In this document: one piece after another, positions 13,586-27,343 of the stretch
Position numbering within the stretch: position 1 is the stretch's first letter
Layout of the letters: each line of letters opens with the position of its first letter
Source: Octopus sinensis
Taxonomy: Eukaryota
Assembly: GCF_006345805.1 (NCBI RefSeq)
Contig: NC_043015.1
Coordinates: 3,162,001-3,226,000 of the forward strand
Reading direction: 5' to 3'
DNA: 64,000 nt
Notes under the pieces: generated by a model
What the model was told of the DNA's origin: nothing
Seen by the model: only the letters and a program-made list of their open reading frames with translations
The model's database searches: none
Translations under genes and position numbers: made by a program

Positions 13586-13737
13586 CATATATACGACGGG
13601 CTTCTTTCAATTTCCGCCTACCAAATCCACTCACAAGGCTTTGGTCGGCCCGAGGCTATAGTAGAAAACACTTGCCCTAGGTGCCACGCAGCCACTCCTG
13701 CGCCTACATACCACACAGCCACTCCTGCGCCTACATA
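13344..13737 (-). mobile_element. SINE family A with deleted head and 27 bp tandem duplication
   Basis: Body aligns to 195-658. The head segment between GCCACGCAG and CCACTCCTGCGCC is missing, and 13684-13710 is repeated at 13711-13737. Confidence 0.9.
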
Positions 13738-15896
13738 TTTTATGTTTTCTATATCAATATGATTTAGTATACACTACTGCTACCCATATTACATTTTTTA
13801 TTATAATTTTTCTTTTGAAATTCTATGATATTGAAGCTTAATCACCGCTTAAAGCTGCATTGATAATGACTAATAATTGCAAATAAGGTTTGTGAGAATA
13901 TCAATGGAATACCAGCTATGAAAGTTAAACGTAGACGAAAGAGACTTCAAATTCGTAAAATATTCGAAAACAATTTCCTAACGCTGTCTTTAACTTCAGA
14001 GGAAATTATGCATGCATTTTCACGAAACATCCCACGTTAAACAGATCATTGTGATAACAAATTTTAATTAAAAGGGATTTTAGTAACCTATTTTTAGAGA
14101 CCTCTTCGGGTAAGTAAAGTAATGACATGCATCAGTAGCATCTGGCTATGATATGAAGAAGGAGATTATAATATAGGTGAAATCCTTGGTTAATCCTATC
14201 AGCAATTTATTGAAATAATGTTTTGATTAATATTTAATCAAAGGGGGATATTTCAATTTTATCGTTTCTGCTTGACATGTATGAATAGAATTTTTGGTAT
14301 AAAGGTAAACATTCACTGTATTTGTGTTATGTCATATATGCATGAATATGCATTATGACTCTACATGAAAGTGTTTTCTCAAACTAGTAGGCCAACACAT
14401 ATAAAGAACTAAGGAACTATCTTCTGATACGATAATAATCTATTGTTTCTATAGAATATGCTGTATATATGAGTGCGCGCACGCGTTTAGGTGAGTATGC
14501 GATTATAACTTATTTTAGAAAGTTGTACAGAATGAGAGATAATTTCATTCTAAAAACTGAAGAAAGTGACAGATAGGATTAGTACTGCAGGATTAATGAG
14601 TTTATATCGTCACCTTCTCATGAATCACAATTATCTACCTTCAGGCAGCTGTGAATTATAATCTGAAAACGTATTCATTCAGTAGATTTCGTACGCTAAC
14701 TGTAGGAATTTATAGTTCAATGTTCACTCATACACAGAATGTATTTGAACAAATCTATAGCTTCTAAACTGGGCAAAGATCTATGAGTGAGTAGAATAGA
14801 AATCTCAGAGGGTTTCATTTTAATACTGCATTTAGTTATATGTATGACGTCTAGGAAATCATGAAAACTTAAAAGAAGAGAGAATCTTATAAATTATTTT
14901 TATCATGGTTTTTAATTTCCACTGGGCATAACAGCTTATTTAGGAATTATAAAAATAATTGCCCTGTATGTGCATAAATATGTTCCAAAACATTACATTA
15001 ACATTCCACATGATATGTTTCAAAGAGTTAATGACTGAACGATATTTAGTGAAATGACTACTTCTGATGATTTAGTTGAAGCATGTGTAGTTTATGTTCA
15101 ATAGAATATAATTCTGCTGATATGATATTAACACCGTGAGATGGCGTCTATATTTTCTCATAGGGATATACAAGGTTGTATTTAAAAATACGTATTTGAA
15201 GTTGTTCAGTAAATTTGAATACACTTTGCTCTCTGTGGTTTACTCATATTTTGTTCTGCGATGTTTTAAATATTTCCCAGTCTATTGATTTTCAATTATA
15301 GTCATAGGGGGCCCATTATGTTATAAATGTTTCTAGTTATTAAGCGAGAGAAAAGAAAACATAATATTAATAATAATATTTTCTCATTCATGAATGTATT
15401 AACTTCAGAAGCGGAGACACTTTCTATATAATCTGTATACATAGATAGACTTCATACATTGAAGTGTGTCAAAACTGCATTTTCATTAAAGTTTACATAT
15501 ATCTGCTCCTCGCTTGTTTAGTTAAACTATAGAAAATAAGTTTCCAGTTGCCAATTCACATTGATAGCAATGAACTCCATTTAGTATGGTTTCGATGTGA
15601 TTCTTGCAGAATGTATAAGTTTTAACTGTGAAAAGAGTTTAAATATATCTTCTTTACGCAAATTTTGTCAAACGTTATTTAGAATACATTCCACATATTA
15701 TAAACCTCTATTGATAGCGGTAAGACCCAGGGAAAAGGGTAAATTTCAATACGAACTGATGCATGATACAGTATGTACCTGTATATTTCACAGTTTATGT
15801 ACGTGTATGTATACATGTACATATACACAAATAAAGAGGCCACACAAACAACACACGCACACATGCAAGTAAACACGCATAATAATATATGTACTA

Positions 15897-16111
15897 TTGG
15901 CTTGGTGCATAATTATTGCGGTCATTTATAATCAAATTTTATTCAAGAAAAACAATAACATGTAACAAAAAGATCTTTCCGGAGCATATTTAACATCTGT
16001 CTTAATTACTGCTTGCCATTTTAAGAAATATATTTTTGTTAGATATTGTTATTGTTTTTGTTGAATAAAATTTGTTGAAACAAAAGCCGCAATAATTATG
16101 CACAAACATAA
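15897..16111. mobile_element. Mariner-type MITE
   Basis: TIRs TA|TTGGCTTGGTGCATAATTATTGCGG and CCGCAATAATTATGCACAAACATAA|TA with TA duplication. Resembles the mariner TTAGGTTGGTGCA-type terminus. Confidence 0.85.
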
Positions 16112-17567
16112 TATTCTGTATAAATAAACTTTCAATTGAGGTGCATCCGTCATCTTTGAATATTTGCTGCAAACATACTCTTCTAAGACACCTTCTTGTA
16201 CGCAATTCTCTACCACTGTAAAAGTACTTTATAAAATAGCCTTTCCATAGACAAATTTTCAATTATTTAGAACTAAAGATATTGCACAGAAATCGAAGTA
16301 GGAACGTCTGTGTTGGCATATTAAAGATTTTCATGGGGAAAGAGAAAATTGGATATTGAAGAATATTTGTGATATCTAATATCATTAACTCACGCTATAC
16401 TACTTGTATTTCACTAAGTATATATCCAAAGGTTATGCGGAAAACCAATGAAAAGTTTCTGTATAAAATTAATCGTTTTCTATTTCTCAAATAATTTGTT
16501 ACGATTTCTGGTCGAACATGTAATATATCTTCGTATTTTATCTCTCAACATATTATTATATTCAATCAATGTGATTTTAAATAAAATAAAACCCTTTACG
16601 TTATAGTTCGCGACGTGGTACATTCTGATGGTAATCAAACGGTGTCTCAGAAGGAACGGTGTAGGAAAAATATCAAACATTTTTTCAGTTATTGTATTGG
16701 ATTTATTCACACATTAACCACGTGGATTTCATGTGTAATATATATGATTGCTGCATGAATCATACATAGAACAATCCATATCTGTTCAAGGAGTGGACGT
16801 TTTTGAAGATGCAGTTACGTTATTTCTATATTAAAGAATAGAAGAATCACTTAGATTTTGTAAGACTAAAGTAGTTATTTCTGCCAAATAACCTTTTGGA
16901 CATTAACGAAATGTTATTGCCTCATCCAACAATAGCTACATTCGCGTGAGTTATGGCTATGATAACACCGTTTTTAACGCTAACTAATGAACTCCACCAT
17001 GGATTTTTTTTGCCTATATTAAACGTTAACTGGAAATTATTTACACACGACACATAATCAGTTGATAAAATTGGATATTTCAGTATAGATATTTTCCTTT
17101 TTAACATCGGGATAAGTTGGGCAAATATAGCATAGCCGTTGATTTGTTAAGAGTAATTAATTCAACATTGGGTGAGTGATGTTTGGAAAAAAGAGCATCT
17201 GAATTTATTGAAAAATTAGGAGCTGCTTTAATGGGCTTGCGAAAACCGAAGGGATCAAACGATCTTATTATTTCAAATCACTTATCTAAATTAGTTTATA
17301 GCTACTATAACGGTTGAGAACGTGCAATAATTAGAAACTAGCTGTATCCATACGTTTGCCTGAAGAACGTTTAAGCCAGGCTCATAACTTGTCAGTTGTG
17401 TGACACAAAGAAAAACGAATTTGAGAGCAGTAGAATGCCGAAAAATTATCATCAAGATTTTTGACACATTCCATCCAACATTAGCAACATAGGCACTTAT
17501 GTTGAAAAGAGAAGTCGAACCTGTTGCAATTTGAAATCATAAATTAAGGAAAGTCGTAATACCTTTT

Positions 17568-17961
17568 TCATTACTACCCACAAGTGGCTAAACACAGAGA
17601 GCACAAACAAGGAGAGACAAATGGATTAACTCGATTATATCGTCCCCAGTACGTAACTGGTACTTATTTAGTCGACCCCGAAAGGATGAAATGCTAAGTC
17701 GACATCGGCGGAATATGAACTCAGTACGTAGCGGCAAACGAAATTCCTATTTCTTAATACCCACAAGGGGATAAAAACAGAGAAGACAAACAAGGACAGA
17801 CAAACGGGTTAAGTCGATTAAATCGACTCTAGTGCGTAACTGCTACCTATTTAATCAACCCCGAAAGGATGAAAGGCAAAGTCGATCTCGGCGGAATTTG
17901 AACTCAGAACGTAACGACAGACGAAATACCGCTAAGTATTTAGGTCGTCACTCTAACGATT
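17568..17961 (-). mobile_element. Tandem dimer of SINE family B
   Basis: Two units each with CCCCGAAAGGATGAAA...GTCGA...CGGCGGAAT(T/A)TGAACTCAG, junction near 17738-17753. Confidence 0.9.
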
Positions 17962-18012
17962 ATACATGCTCATTACCATAATAATAATACTATAAATATT
18001 AGTTATATTGTT

Positions 18013-18140
18013 GAGGCAGCGAACTCGCAGATTCTGTGTCACACTGGGCCAAATGCTTAGCGGTATTTCTTCGTCTTTGCGTTCTTAGTTCAAATCGGGC
18101 TAGGACGACCTTGCACTACACCATTTCCGGGTCGATGAAA
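18013..18140 (+). mobile_element. Degenerate SINE family B head, head-to-head with the 17568-17961 dimer
   Basis: AAATGCTTAGCGGTATTTC...AGTTCAAATC...GGGTCGAT matches the family B head. Confidence 0.65.
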
Positions 18141-18830
18141 CAGTTCTAATTGAGCACTGTTGTACATGTAATTGACATAACCGTTCATAAGACGCTTATA
18201 GCAGTCAACCAAAATTTGAAATGAATGTTAGCAGTAATTGATATAATGTTAATACGTGCACAATGAAGTTATTGATGAAAGATGAAAATGAATGTTAGTC
18301 ATTGTACCAATATTGATATTGGAAATGTTATGTATAGGACTGATATTCGTAATAGTAACAGAACTGTTTTGAATGTTAACAATAATATTGATTCTATTAA
18401 TAACACTGCCAAAATTGGTGATATTTATACGAATAGCATTAATAGTAGTTGTGGTCCTAATATTTAAGAGCACTGTGTGGAAGCATATCTGTTCTTATAA
18501 TGTAGATAATTCCGTTATAATATGTAAATATCGTAAACAGGAAAGCTGAAGGAAATCATCCAATGATGATGATGTAATCTGGTTGAGTTCAGTTTGGTTA
18601 AAACAAACTTATTACGAAACTTTCAACAATGTTATTCGCCTCATTTGAGAAAAGATTTACCCACAGAGAAGACATTACTATATCTTTAATCAACATAACT
18701 GTAATAATCATAAGAATTTGAGTCTCAAATTCATATATATATATATAGAACATCGGCATCGATTATAAATAGAGTTCATTGTAATGAGTATAATAGACGT
18801 TATAACAAAGCCCGGTAAAATAGAAAGAAC

Positions 18831-18883
18831 ATAATAATAATAATAATAATAATAATAATATAATAATAATAATAATAATAATA

Positions 18884-18943
<60 letters not shown>

Positions 18944-19073
18944 TAATAATAATACTAATAATGATGATGATGACGACGATGATAATAATAATAATAATAT
19001 TAATAATGATAATATTGGTAATAATAATAATAATAATAATAACGACAAAAACAACAATGATAATAATAATAAT
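18831..19073. repeat. (AAT)n microsatellite
   Basis: Directly visible trinucleotide run with GAT/AAC variants. Confidence 0.98.
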
Positions 19074-19082
19074 TATTATTAT

Positions 19083-20560
19083 TGAGAATAACTGAGGATA
19101 ATTTTAGTGATCACTGTACGAAAATTACTAAGTGGACCAGATGAGGTTAAGGGCATTTGACTTAAGAAATTGACAGCTCTGCACAGGATAATTGCGAAAC
19201 AGATGAACAAAATACTGAATAGTGACATCCAAGTACCGTCCTGGATGACAAAATGAAGAACGGTACAATACCAGTAGGACCCAAGTAGAGGGAATGAGGT
19301 TGGGAATTTGACCAATAAATTGTGCGCCACTGATGTGGAAACCGATGCCAGCCATCATATCAAACATCATCTATAAGTAACTGTACGAGAACGACCTACT
19401 ATTAATGGATCAAAAAGGGTATAGGTGCCAGAGTACTGGAGCAAAGGATCAATTACTAATCGATAAAACTATCCTGGCCGACAGCAAGAGGTATAAAAAT
19501 GTGGCAATGTCATGGGTAGACTAGAGGAAATTATATGGTATGATGCTACACACATGGATTATTCAATGCCTTAAACGGCTTAAGGTGTCCCACAATAAAC
19601 TGAAGCTAATACAAACCTCGATGACCTGAAATCACTGTATGGGGAGAAGAGCTGGGATAGTTAAATATCAAGAGAATCTTTTATGGGAACAGTCTGTCCC
19701 CTCTCCTATTTGCCGTCTGCATACTGCATCTAACAAGCGTTTTAACAAAGATGCGCGTGGGGCACATGTTAGGCAGTGTGAAAATAAACAACCTGCGGTC
19801 AGTTGATTACCTAAAGCTATTCAGTAATTCTTAAAAAGAAATTGTGCAGCTGGGCAAAGATATTGGCTTGGAATTTGGGATCGAGAAATATGGTGTAATG
19901 ATTCTCAAAAGAGGAAAATCAGTAAAAGCCATGGGATCGAACAGGATAGTGGTGAAATAATAAAGAAATTCGGAGAGAGAGAGAGGATGAAAGTACCTGG
20001 GTATCGAAAAAGGTAAGTTGAATGAACACAAGTTGAAATAAATGTACAGGAAAGAGTTTTTGAGGAGAAATTGGCTTGTGCTCAAATCGAAGCTAAATAG
20101 ATTCTATAAAATTAAATTAGTTAACACATAATCGATGCATTTGATAAGATATAGGGAAAGAAGAGTATCATGAAAGAAGCATGAATTACAAGAGATGGAC
20201 TGGAGAAAATGTAAATTAATGACAATGAACAAGGGACTACACCCCAAGAGTGGTGTGTCAAGATTGTATATAAAGAGGAAAGAAAGAGGACGGGGATTAG
20301 TGTGACGTGATGATTGAGTAAGGGAAGAGGAAAATAGCCTGGCTTGGTATGTCGATGGAAGTAAACATGAAATGATTCAAGTAGGGAACATGCAGAGGAT
20401 CTTAAATTGAACCAAGCCGTAGATCCAGCACAATTTAAGAAAGACCAGAGAGAGCCAATGAAGAAAATTTGGCAGGAGAAAAAAGGGCACAGGCAATTCT
20501 TGTACAGGGAGTATCGTAGAATTCACCAAGAAATATAAACTAAGTACCATATATTTAACC
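19083..20560 (+). mobile_element. R4/Dong-type non-LTR retrotransposon RT relic, truncated
   Basis: Broken frames give LKKLTALHRIIAKQMN, KDQLLIDKTIL, GNSLSPLLFAVC, SVDYLKLF (xMDDLKLF site) and GLHPKSGVSRLYIKRKERGRGL, typical of R4/Dong/Rex6 ORFs. Starts immediately after (AAT)n. Confidence 0.85.
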
Positions 20561-21685
20561 AATCATATTTATCATATTTTTCTTAATTGTTTTTTAGATG
20601 CCGTAAATGAGTATAAATTCGTAAATGTATAATTGTGTCATCATTATTGTCATAAATATCCATAAATTATCACGCGATGTTTTCGGTGCTCACATATATC
20701 TGCCAAAAAAAAAGGGATCTCTTCCTGCGTAAAGGGGTGATAGGAAATTCATTTGTTATAGTGAAATGTGGCTTCCTGTCATGATTCAGCACTAAATATT
20801 CAGAAAGAAAGAGATTCCAGATACAACAAAGTCCATGAAATTATGTACACAATTCAGCTCCTGTCGCATTGCTCTTAATTGAAAATGTTGTTGAACGAAC
20901 ACGAACAGGTTGTTTTTCAGATTCCAATATTACGAAACTAAAGGTTAATATCGAATATGATTCTTACTCACTTCGTTCTACCTGAAATCGAGCCACGGTA
21001 TAAATAGTAATATAAGTCTCACGAACTTTCCATGTTTGTCAGAATTCATCTCCACCTACGTAGTAGATTGTGCCAGAAAAATACCACTTTCCCATAAAAA
21101 CAATCATCAGTGCCCATCGTGGTATACAAGAACATTGAAAAAATAATAAATAGCGATTTTCATTATTCTAGTTTTACAATAAATTAGCGTATATAAATTC
21201 TTAATGTTTACTATTATCACTAATGACTCACTCTCTCTACTTGTTTGAATAGATGATGTTTAATGGACAATTCCTTAGTAGGGCCCTGGCTAGAGCGCTC
21301 TGTTTCTCAATAATGAATTAAAAGCAAGATGGATGAGCGATCAGCTTGTTGCATATATTTGACGTATTCTTTTTTAATACATATTTGTTTCGCTTATTTA
21401 CAACTTAATTCCCAAATAGATTATTTAAATCCCCACTTCATGAATAATTCATTATATATAATTTTTGTCCGTTTCATTATCATCATTGTTTTTATGGTAA
21501 TGATAACGCTATTGACTACTTTTCAGTTTTTGCTTAACACAGCTACTTCAATAGGGAAAATAGCAAATTGCCAGCTGTAAGTAACGACTTGGCTAAGGAA
21601 ATGCATTTCATTCGTTTTTTTTGAAACTTGTGGAAAATACGCGGTTCCAGAAGTTGTTATTATTACCATTATTATTATTATTATT

Positions 21686-22175
21686 GAGTGAGAGAGCAGT
21701 GCATGCCATCAAAGTGACACTGGGGTAAAATATGCGAAGCCCAGTATACTCATCATGACTACCCGTCTGATAAGGGTATACTAGGCACATACATCACAAC
21801 CATATGTGCGCGACATGGTGAACTCATATCAAGATAAACAGCACATGATCTTGCAGGGGGGGCCCACTTAGAATTTTCTTCAGGTCGAGTAACCCATCCT
21901 GCTCAAAAGGTCCCTGAATAAGGGTTGTTTAAGGATGTTGAATAAAACACCCATGTTTCCAGAGGTGAAGTATTCAAACCCCAAAGAATCCCTCTCAACA
22001 CATGGCTATGATGCTCCCCTACTACTTCTGCTCGTGACCAGAGACGTACATATCGTCAGCCACTAAGGGACATGCTCAACTGGTTAAGGTCAAACAACTG
22101 ACAAGCAAATCTGTGGTATCTAGCAGAATATTTGCTGTAGCCCATCTTTTATACCAAGACAAAACAATGTACATG
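21686..22175 (-). mobile_element. Unclassified ~490 bp element ending in a (TAA)n tail (copy 1)
   Basis: Colinear with 43699-44188 (roughly 75-80% by eye). Flanked by (TTA)n on both sides. Strand inferred from the tail. Confidence 0.8.
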
Positions 22176-22247
22176 TATTATTATTATTATTATTATTATT
22201 GCTGTTGTTGTTGTTGTCATCGTCGTCATCATCATCTTCACCACCAC

Positions 22248-22307
<60 letters not shown>

Positions 22308-22371
22308 CATCATCACCACCATCGTCATTATTATTATTATTATTATTACTATTATTATTATCATCATTATT
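22176..22371. repeat. Compound trinucleotide microsatellite (TTA/TTG/TCG/TCA/CCA)
   Basis: Directly visible. Source of the poly-His, poly-Ser and poly-Met ORFs in the track. Confidence 0.98.
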
Positions 22372-23255
22372 AGTACTATTGCACAGCTTCTAACGCTGGA
22401 CGCTGGATATGTACTACAGTGTCAGCTTCTCACTACCAGTGATGTAAGGTGACACCTAATTTTTTCGAGCACCTTTCGATGTACTCGACCGGTTCAAACT
22501 CCAAAGTCCCTATATATGTATGCCCGCTTCAGTCAGGTTCATCCATGGTCACTCCTGACGGTAGCTACAATCCTCTGCAGGCTGCTTTCTTCTCCTTTTT
22601 TTATATTAAGTCCTCAGCATTTGGTACTTCCACATTCCATACTGATGCCGCTACCACAATTCTGGATTGTTTGTGGTTAAGGACTCTATCTGTTTTTTTC
22701 AAATTTCCCATACGATTTCAGGTCAACGATAAACAGAAGAAGAGTCAACGATGGACTTTTCTTGCCATATCTGTATCCCATCTAAACTTTCCTAAGTGAT
22801 ATGAACAGAGAAACCGAGTCACCTAGGAAGATGCCCATTTCTGTATTAATTTCTCCAAGGAATACTTTATTGAGTACAGTTTGGTTTTCCACTCTTTCAT
22901 GCTATACATCAGAGACTGTTTGATGTTGTCAGCAACACAACATATCTGCAGGCATTCAGCGAACAATGAATGAGGCATCATATCATATGCCTTCTTAAAG
23001 TCAATGCAACCCATAGACGTGCTTGTATGATATTGTTTACAATGCCTCAAAACTGTTTTATCGATGACCAGGTGGTCTTTGGTACTCCTCCAACATCATT
23101 TTTATTCCCTTGGTAGTATTTCTTCCTGTGTCAGGTCAGTATATGTCTTTGTCGCACATATTCCATTCAGTATCTTCCAGATTATATCTAGACATGCTAT
23201 GTGACGGTACTTGCTCACAATATTCCCCTTTCTTCTATCTTTCATTATAGTGAAA
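22372..23255 (-). mobile_element. R4/Dong-type LINE, internally deleted, with 3' terminus running into (TAA/TGA)n
   Basis: Minus frame gives DHLVIDKTVLRHCK...CIDFKKAYDMMPHSLFAECL, followed by RLE-region remnants and a 3' end abutting the microsatellite. Confidence 0.85.
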
Positions 23256-23280
23256 GATAGCATGCACGCACTATGACATG

Positions 23281-23460
23281 ACAGCCGACGTCGCTGTGTT
23301 TATTTACCCGAAACTTAGCAGTTTGGCAAGAGAGACCGATATAATAAGTTCTAGGCTTACAAAGAATAAGTTCTGTGTTCGATTTCTTCAACTAATGGCG
23401 GTGCTCCATCATAGCCACTGTTAAATAATTGAAACGTGTGAAACATTAAAGGAGTATAAG
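23281..23460 (+). mobile_element. SINE family A, 3' part only
   Basis: GGCAAGAGAGACCGAT...AGGCTTACAAAGAATAAG...GGCGGTGCTCCATCATAGCC matches the 3' half of the 50111 copy. Confidence 0.75.
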
Positions 23461-25708
23461 AGTTTATGATGTGATAGCATTAAAGACGTGAATATTCCTC
23501 CTTGTGTCCAAACTAACACAATTTCAATTATGTTAGATATTAGTAGCCGAGTGTGGTGAGCTATCGGCAGTTTCCGAGTAACGACGATAAAACGTATTAT
23601 AGTTCTTAATGAGTCATTTTGAGCGAGACTAATCCCAGTTTGTGACTAGAGGCAATAGTTGAGATTTAGTATGATTGCCGACGTTGCTAAATTTAATTCA
23701 TTCTCTGAGTGTTTCGTTGTTTAATCGAAGAACCTTTATCTCCCATTGCGATATTATATTTTTTGCACAATGTTGATATTCAAGCTACACAGCTTTTTGT
23801 CTGTTCTATTGAAGCCCCACACATCGTCTTCAGTTTGTCGTTGCAATATCAAATTGTCAATCTGATCGTGTCAAAATAATAATAGAAAATATGTATTATC
23901 ATTTTCACCAAGTTTGTGAATAATAACATCAGCAAATTTTAACAATATTAGTATTATATGTTTACTATATATTTAGGGCCAATGATAGACAATCAATAAG
24001 TAGTAATCAAAAGATAGCACTATCTCAGCAAGATGATAAATGAAAAAATATATTTATATATATGAAATGCCAGACGCATTTTTATTCAAGAAACTAATAA
24101 ATTAAATTCGCCATAAATAAAGGAAAATAAGAAAATAGTGACTTACATCAACATAAGAAAATATATTAAAACGACGTGAAAAGTAATTTTACAAATATTA
24201 TATGTAACTTATTCTCTATTTTATTCCTGTCACATTTTGAAATAATTTCCTCTTCAATTTAGACAAAATATTTGCATAAGTATTTTCTTGTCAGCAAAGA
24301 GACACAATACTTTTTATAAATAATCAGTGAAAATGTATATATTATATTTTTAAAATATTTTTTAAGAAACAATCGAAAAGTTTAAGTTTTCGCTTTGTTT
24401 ATATCCCCGTTATGGAAAAATTAATGACAACATTTTTGTCATAATTTGAAATGGCATTTAAATGTGAACAGATTTCGTGCAAATGTAATCGTAGATATTG
24501 TGAAATTTTTATTTAACAAAGACTAAATAAATAATCAGAAGAATGATTGAATAAGTTCATGATGATTTTCGTTATATGATGTAATATTGATTGGCAATGG
24601 CACATTAAATTTATAAAAGCAACCGTGTCATAAATGAAATTAAGTGGGGATACTTTCATTGTGTTTATAATTTTTAATATATTAATTTTTCCATTTCAGG
24701 GCACTCAATCGAGGACTAGTGGGGGAGGCTTACTCGCATAGGGACCATGAATCTGATGCGTAATAGCATGAAATCTCTTTCGCAAGAAACCGTCGACAAA
24801 ATTCTTATAAGAACGTTGGACCTAAATAGATGTTGCGCAGATATAGTCATTGCACGCAGTATTTTAGAAGTGGCTTCCATATAAAATACTCTTCCGAATA
24901 AAGACGCAAATAGCATCGCTTCAAAAATTTGTCTAGAGTAAATTAACTTTCTGACATTTAAGCCATGTATGTCACAGGTGAAGATACGATATCCATTGTT
25001 TTCTTTACAGACTACGCATATAGAATCTATTATAAAAATACTAATTTGGTACACTGCAGATATTCTCAATTACAATTCAACATATGACATAGATCTTTGC
25101 GTATATATTTATACCAGTGGCATAAAGAGGGTGCTGTCTTATATATTTGTGTTTCTGTGTGTACATGTGTGTACGTGTATGAGTGTGCGTACATCCATTT
25201 TACGGACGACCTTCTGAAAGGCCGTGTTTCTACTGACATATTAGATTTATTTGCAGGAATGTTAAACATACCTATCGATTTTTATGCGTATTTTACAAAA
25301 TATTTATCGGTAATCAACAGTTTCAAAATATGATAGCATACCTCAATATTATTAAATTTAAAATAATTGCTTTTATGTCATCACTGTCTTTCAGGCGTAC
25401 GGCGTTCTTGCAAAGGTGGAAATGAAAAGTAACAAAACAACATAAACAAAAACATCATGCTGTTCAATCCGACAATACTGACGCTACCATTTTGCTTACT
25501 AAAACGTGCTTACATTTACGCATACATATGCATATACAAAGAGATGCACATCCATACACACATGTATAATACTATCTAAATGTATATGTATATATATGTG
25601 TGTATGTATATATATATATATAATATATGCTGAATTTTCGAGTACTGGCGGAACGTACACACCACATATGATTTATATATATATATATATATAATATATG
25701 TAGTTATA

Positions 25709-25759
<51 letters not shown>

Positions 25760-25771
25760 ATATATATGTAG

Positions 25772-25806
<35 letters not shown>

Positions 25807-25867
25807 TAAATAAATGGATACACATACACACACACAACACACACACACACATAAACACACACACACA

Positions 25868-26004
<137 letters not shown>

Positions 26005-26436
26005 TATATATATACATACATGCATGCACTCACATAGACACACACAGATATACATACATAGTTCTTCAACGGAACTTATAAACATTTAACGGACTGCTAC
26101 GTACGTTTCCAGAATGTGAATGTCCTTGAACGCTACAGTCCGTATTCTATGGATGGATAAATTGTATTCCGTTGCATACGTTGCATGCGGTTGATTATCA
26201 TCTTCCATTCATTCATTGTAGGCGATGGAACATTAGTTGATATACAATTTACATGGTTTGTATACAAATTCAATTTTCTCGGTAGCCTAATATTCCTTGG
26301 GATAATAAAATTTCTGTTAATTACATAAAAAGTTTTAAATATAATCTGTAAATGAATGTCATATCCAGCAACAAATCACGAGAACAACGATTGAGATCCG
26401 ACCGCGTTGTGCCTTTTCCATGGCTCTCACACGCAG

Positions 26437-26478
26437 ATAGTCTTATGTTTGCAGCAAAATTTGTCGCCTTTGATAACG
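26437..26478 (+). CDS. Candidate 42 nt internal exon, (D)SLMFAAKFVAFDN(G), product unknown
   Basis: Pyrimidine-rich acceptor ...CTCTCACACGCAG| and donor ACG|GTAAAA. 3n length, open in phase 1. Could be chance. Confidence 0.25.
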
Positions 26479-26956
26479 GTAAAATCCAATACAAGAGAAC
26501 ATGGTGTTGCTAATAGCGAGGTAGTAGTTGGACATCCTTAATATGCATGTTAAGCAATAATAAATGGAATTAGACATCTCTGTAACGTTCTTGATGCACG
26601 TACACTGTCGATAGTCTAGTTACCGATATACATTTAATGCAGAATTTGCCCAGAGATAATATGTCTTGTTGACTTTCTGCTTGCAAAATCACTAAATGCT
26701 TTAGTGGCGCTTTCCATTATCGCAGGCAACAAAATTTATCGCTGAATACGTGGCTGGCCAGTAGCTTAGCCATTGACATTATGAAGATGCCTCTGTCGCT
26801 GGTCGCTGCAACGGCGGAAAATTTTCTCTTCGATATTTAAAGATAGATATTGCCTCCCATACGTGTACAACGTTTTAATATAGTTTTAATCAGATATCTC
26901 AGTTTTATATCTTATCGGTGTCCCTTAGAAATGGGGTTGTTTCTAAATACGTGAGT

Positions 26957-27343
26957 GGATGGAAGCACTCCGTTAGTTACGACAACGAGGGTTCCGGTTG
27001 ATCCGATCAACGGAACAGCCTGCTCGTGAAATTAACGTGTAAGTGGCTGAGCACTCCACAGACACGTGTACCCTTAACGTAGTTCTCGGGGATATTCAGC
27101 GTGACACAGAGAGTGACAAGGCCGGCCCTTTGAAATACATGTACAACAGAAACAGGAAGTAAGAGTGAGAGAAAGTTGTGGTGAAAGAGTACAGCAGGGA
27201 TCACCACCATCCCTGCCGGAGTCTCGTGGAGTTTTTAGGTGTTTTCGCTCAATAAACACTCACAACGCCCGGTCTGGGAATCGAAACCTCCATCCTATGA
27301 CCGCGAGTCTGCTGCCCTAACCACTGGGCCATTGCGCCTCCAC
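26957..27343 (-). mobile_element. SINE family C, 3' variant 2, full length with 12 bp TSD
   Basis: Head GGAGGCGCAATGGCCCAGTGGTTAGGG. TSD AAATACGTGAGT at 26945-26956 and 27344-27355. Confidence 0.95.

Noticed and set aside
18240-18480. Asn/Ile-rich ORFs on both strands
   Set aside because: Codons are mostly one step from AAT, indicating a decayed (AAT)n microsatellite.
26451-26745. 17 nt near-repeat GCA(G/A)CAAAATTT(G/A)TCGC at ~26451 and ~26728
   Set aside because: Only two copies, no periodicity, and the second is not in a compatible exon frame.
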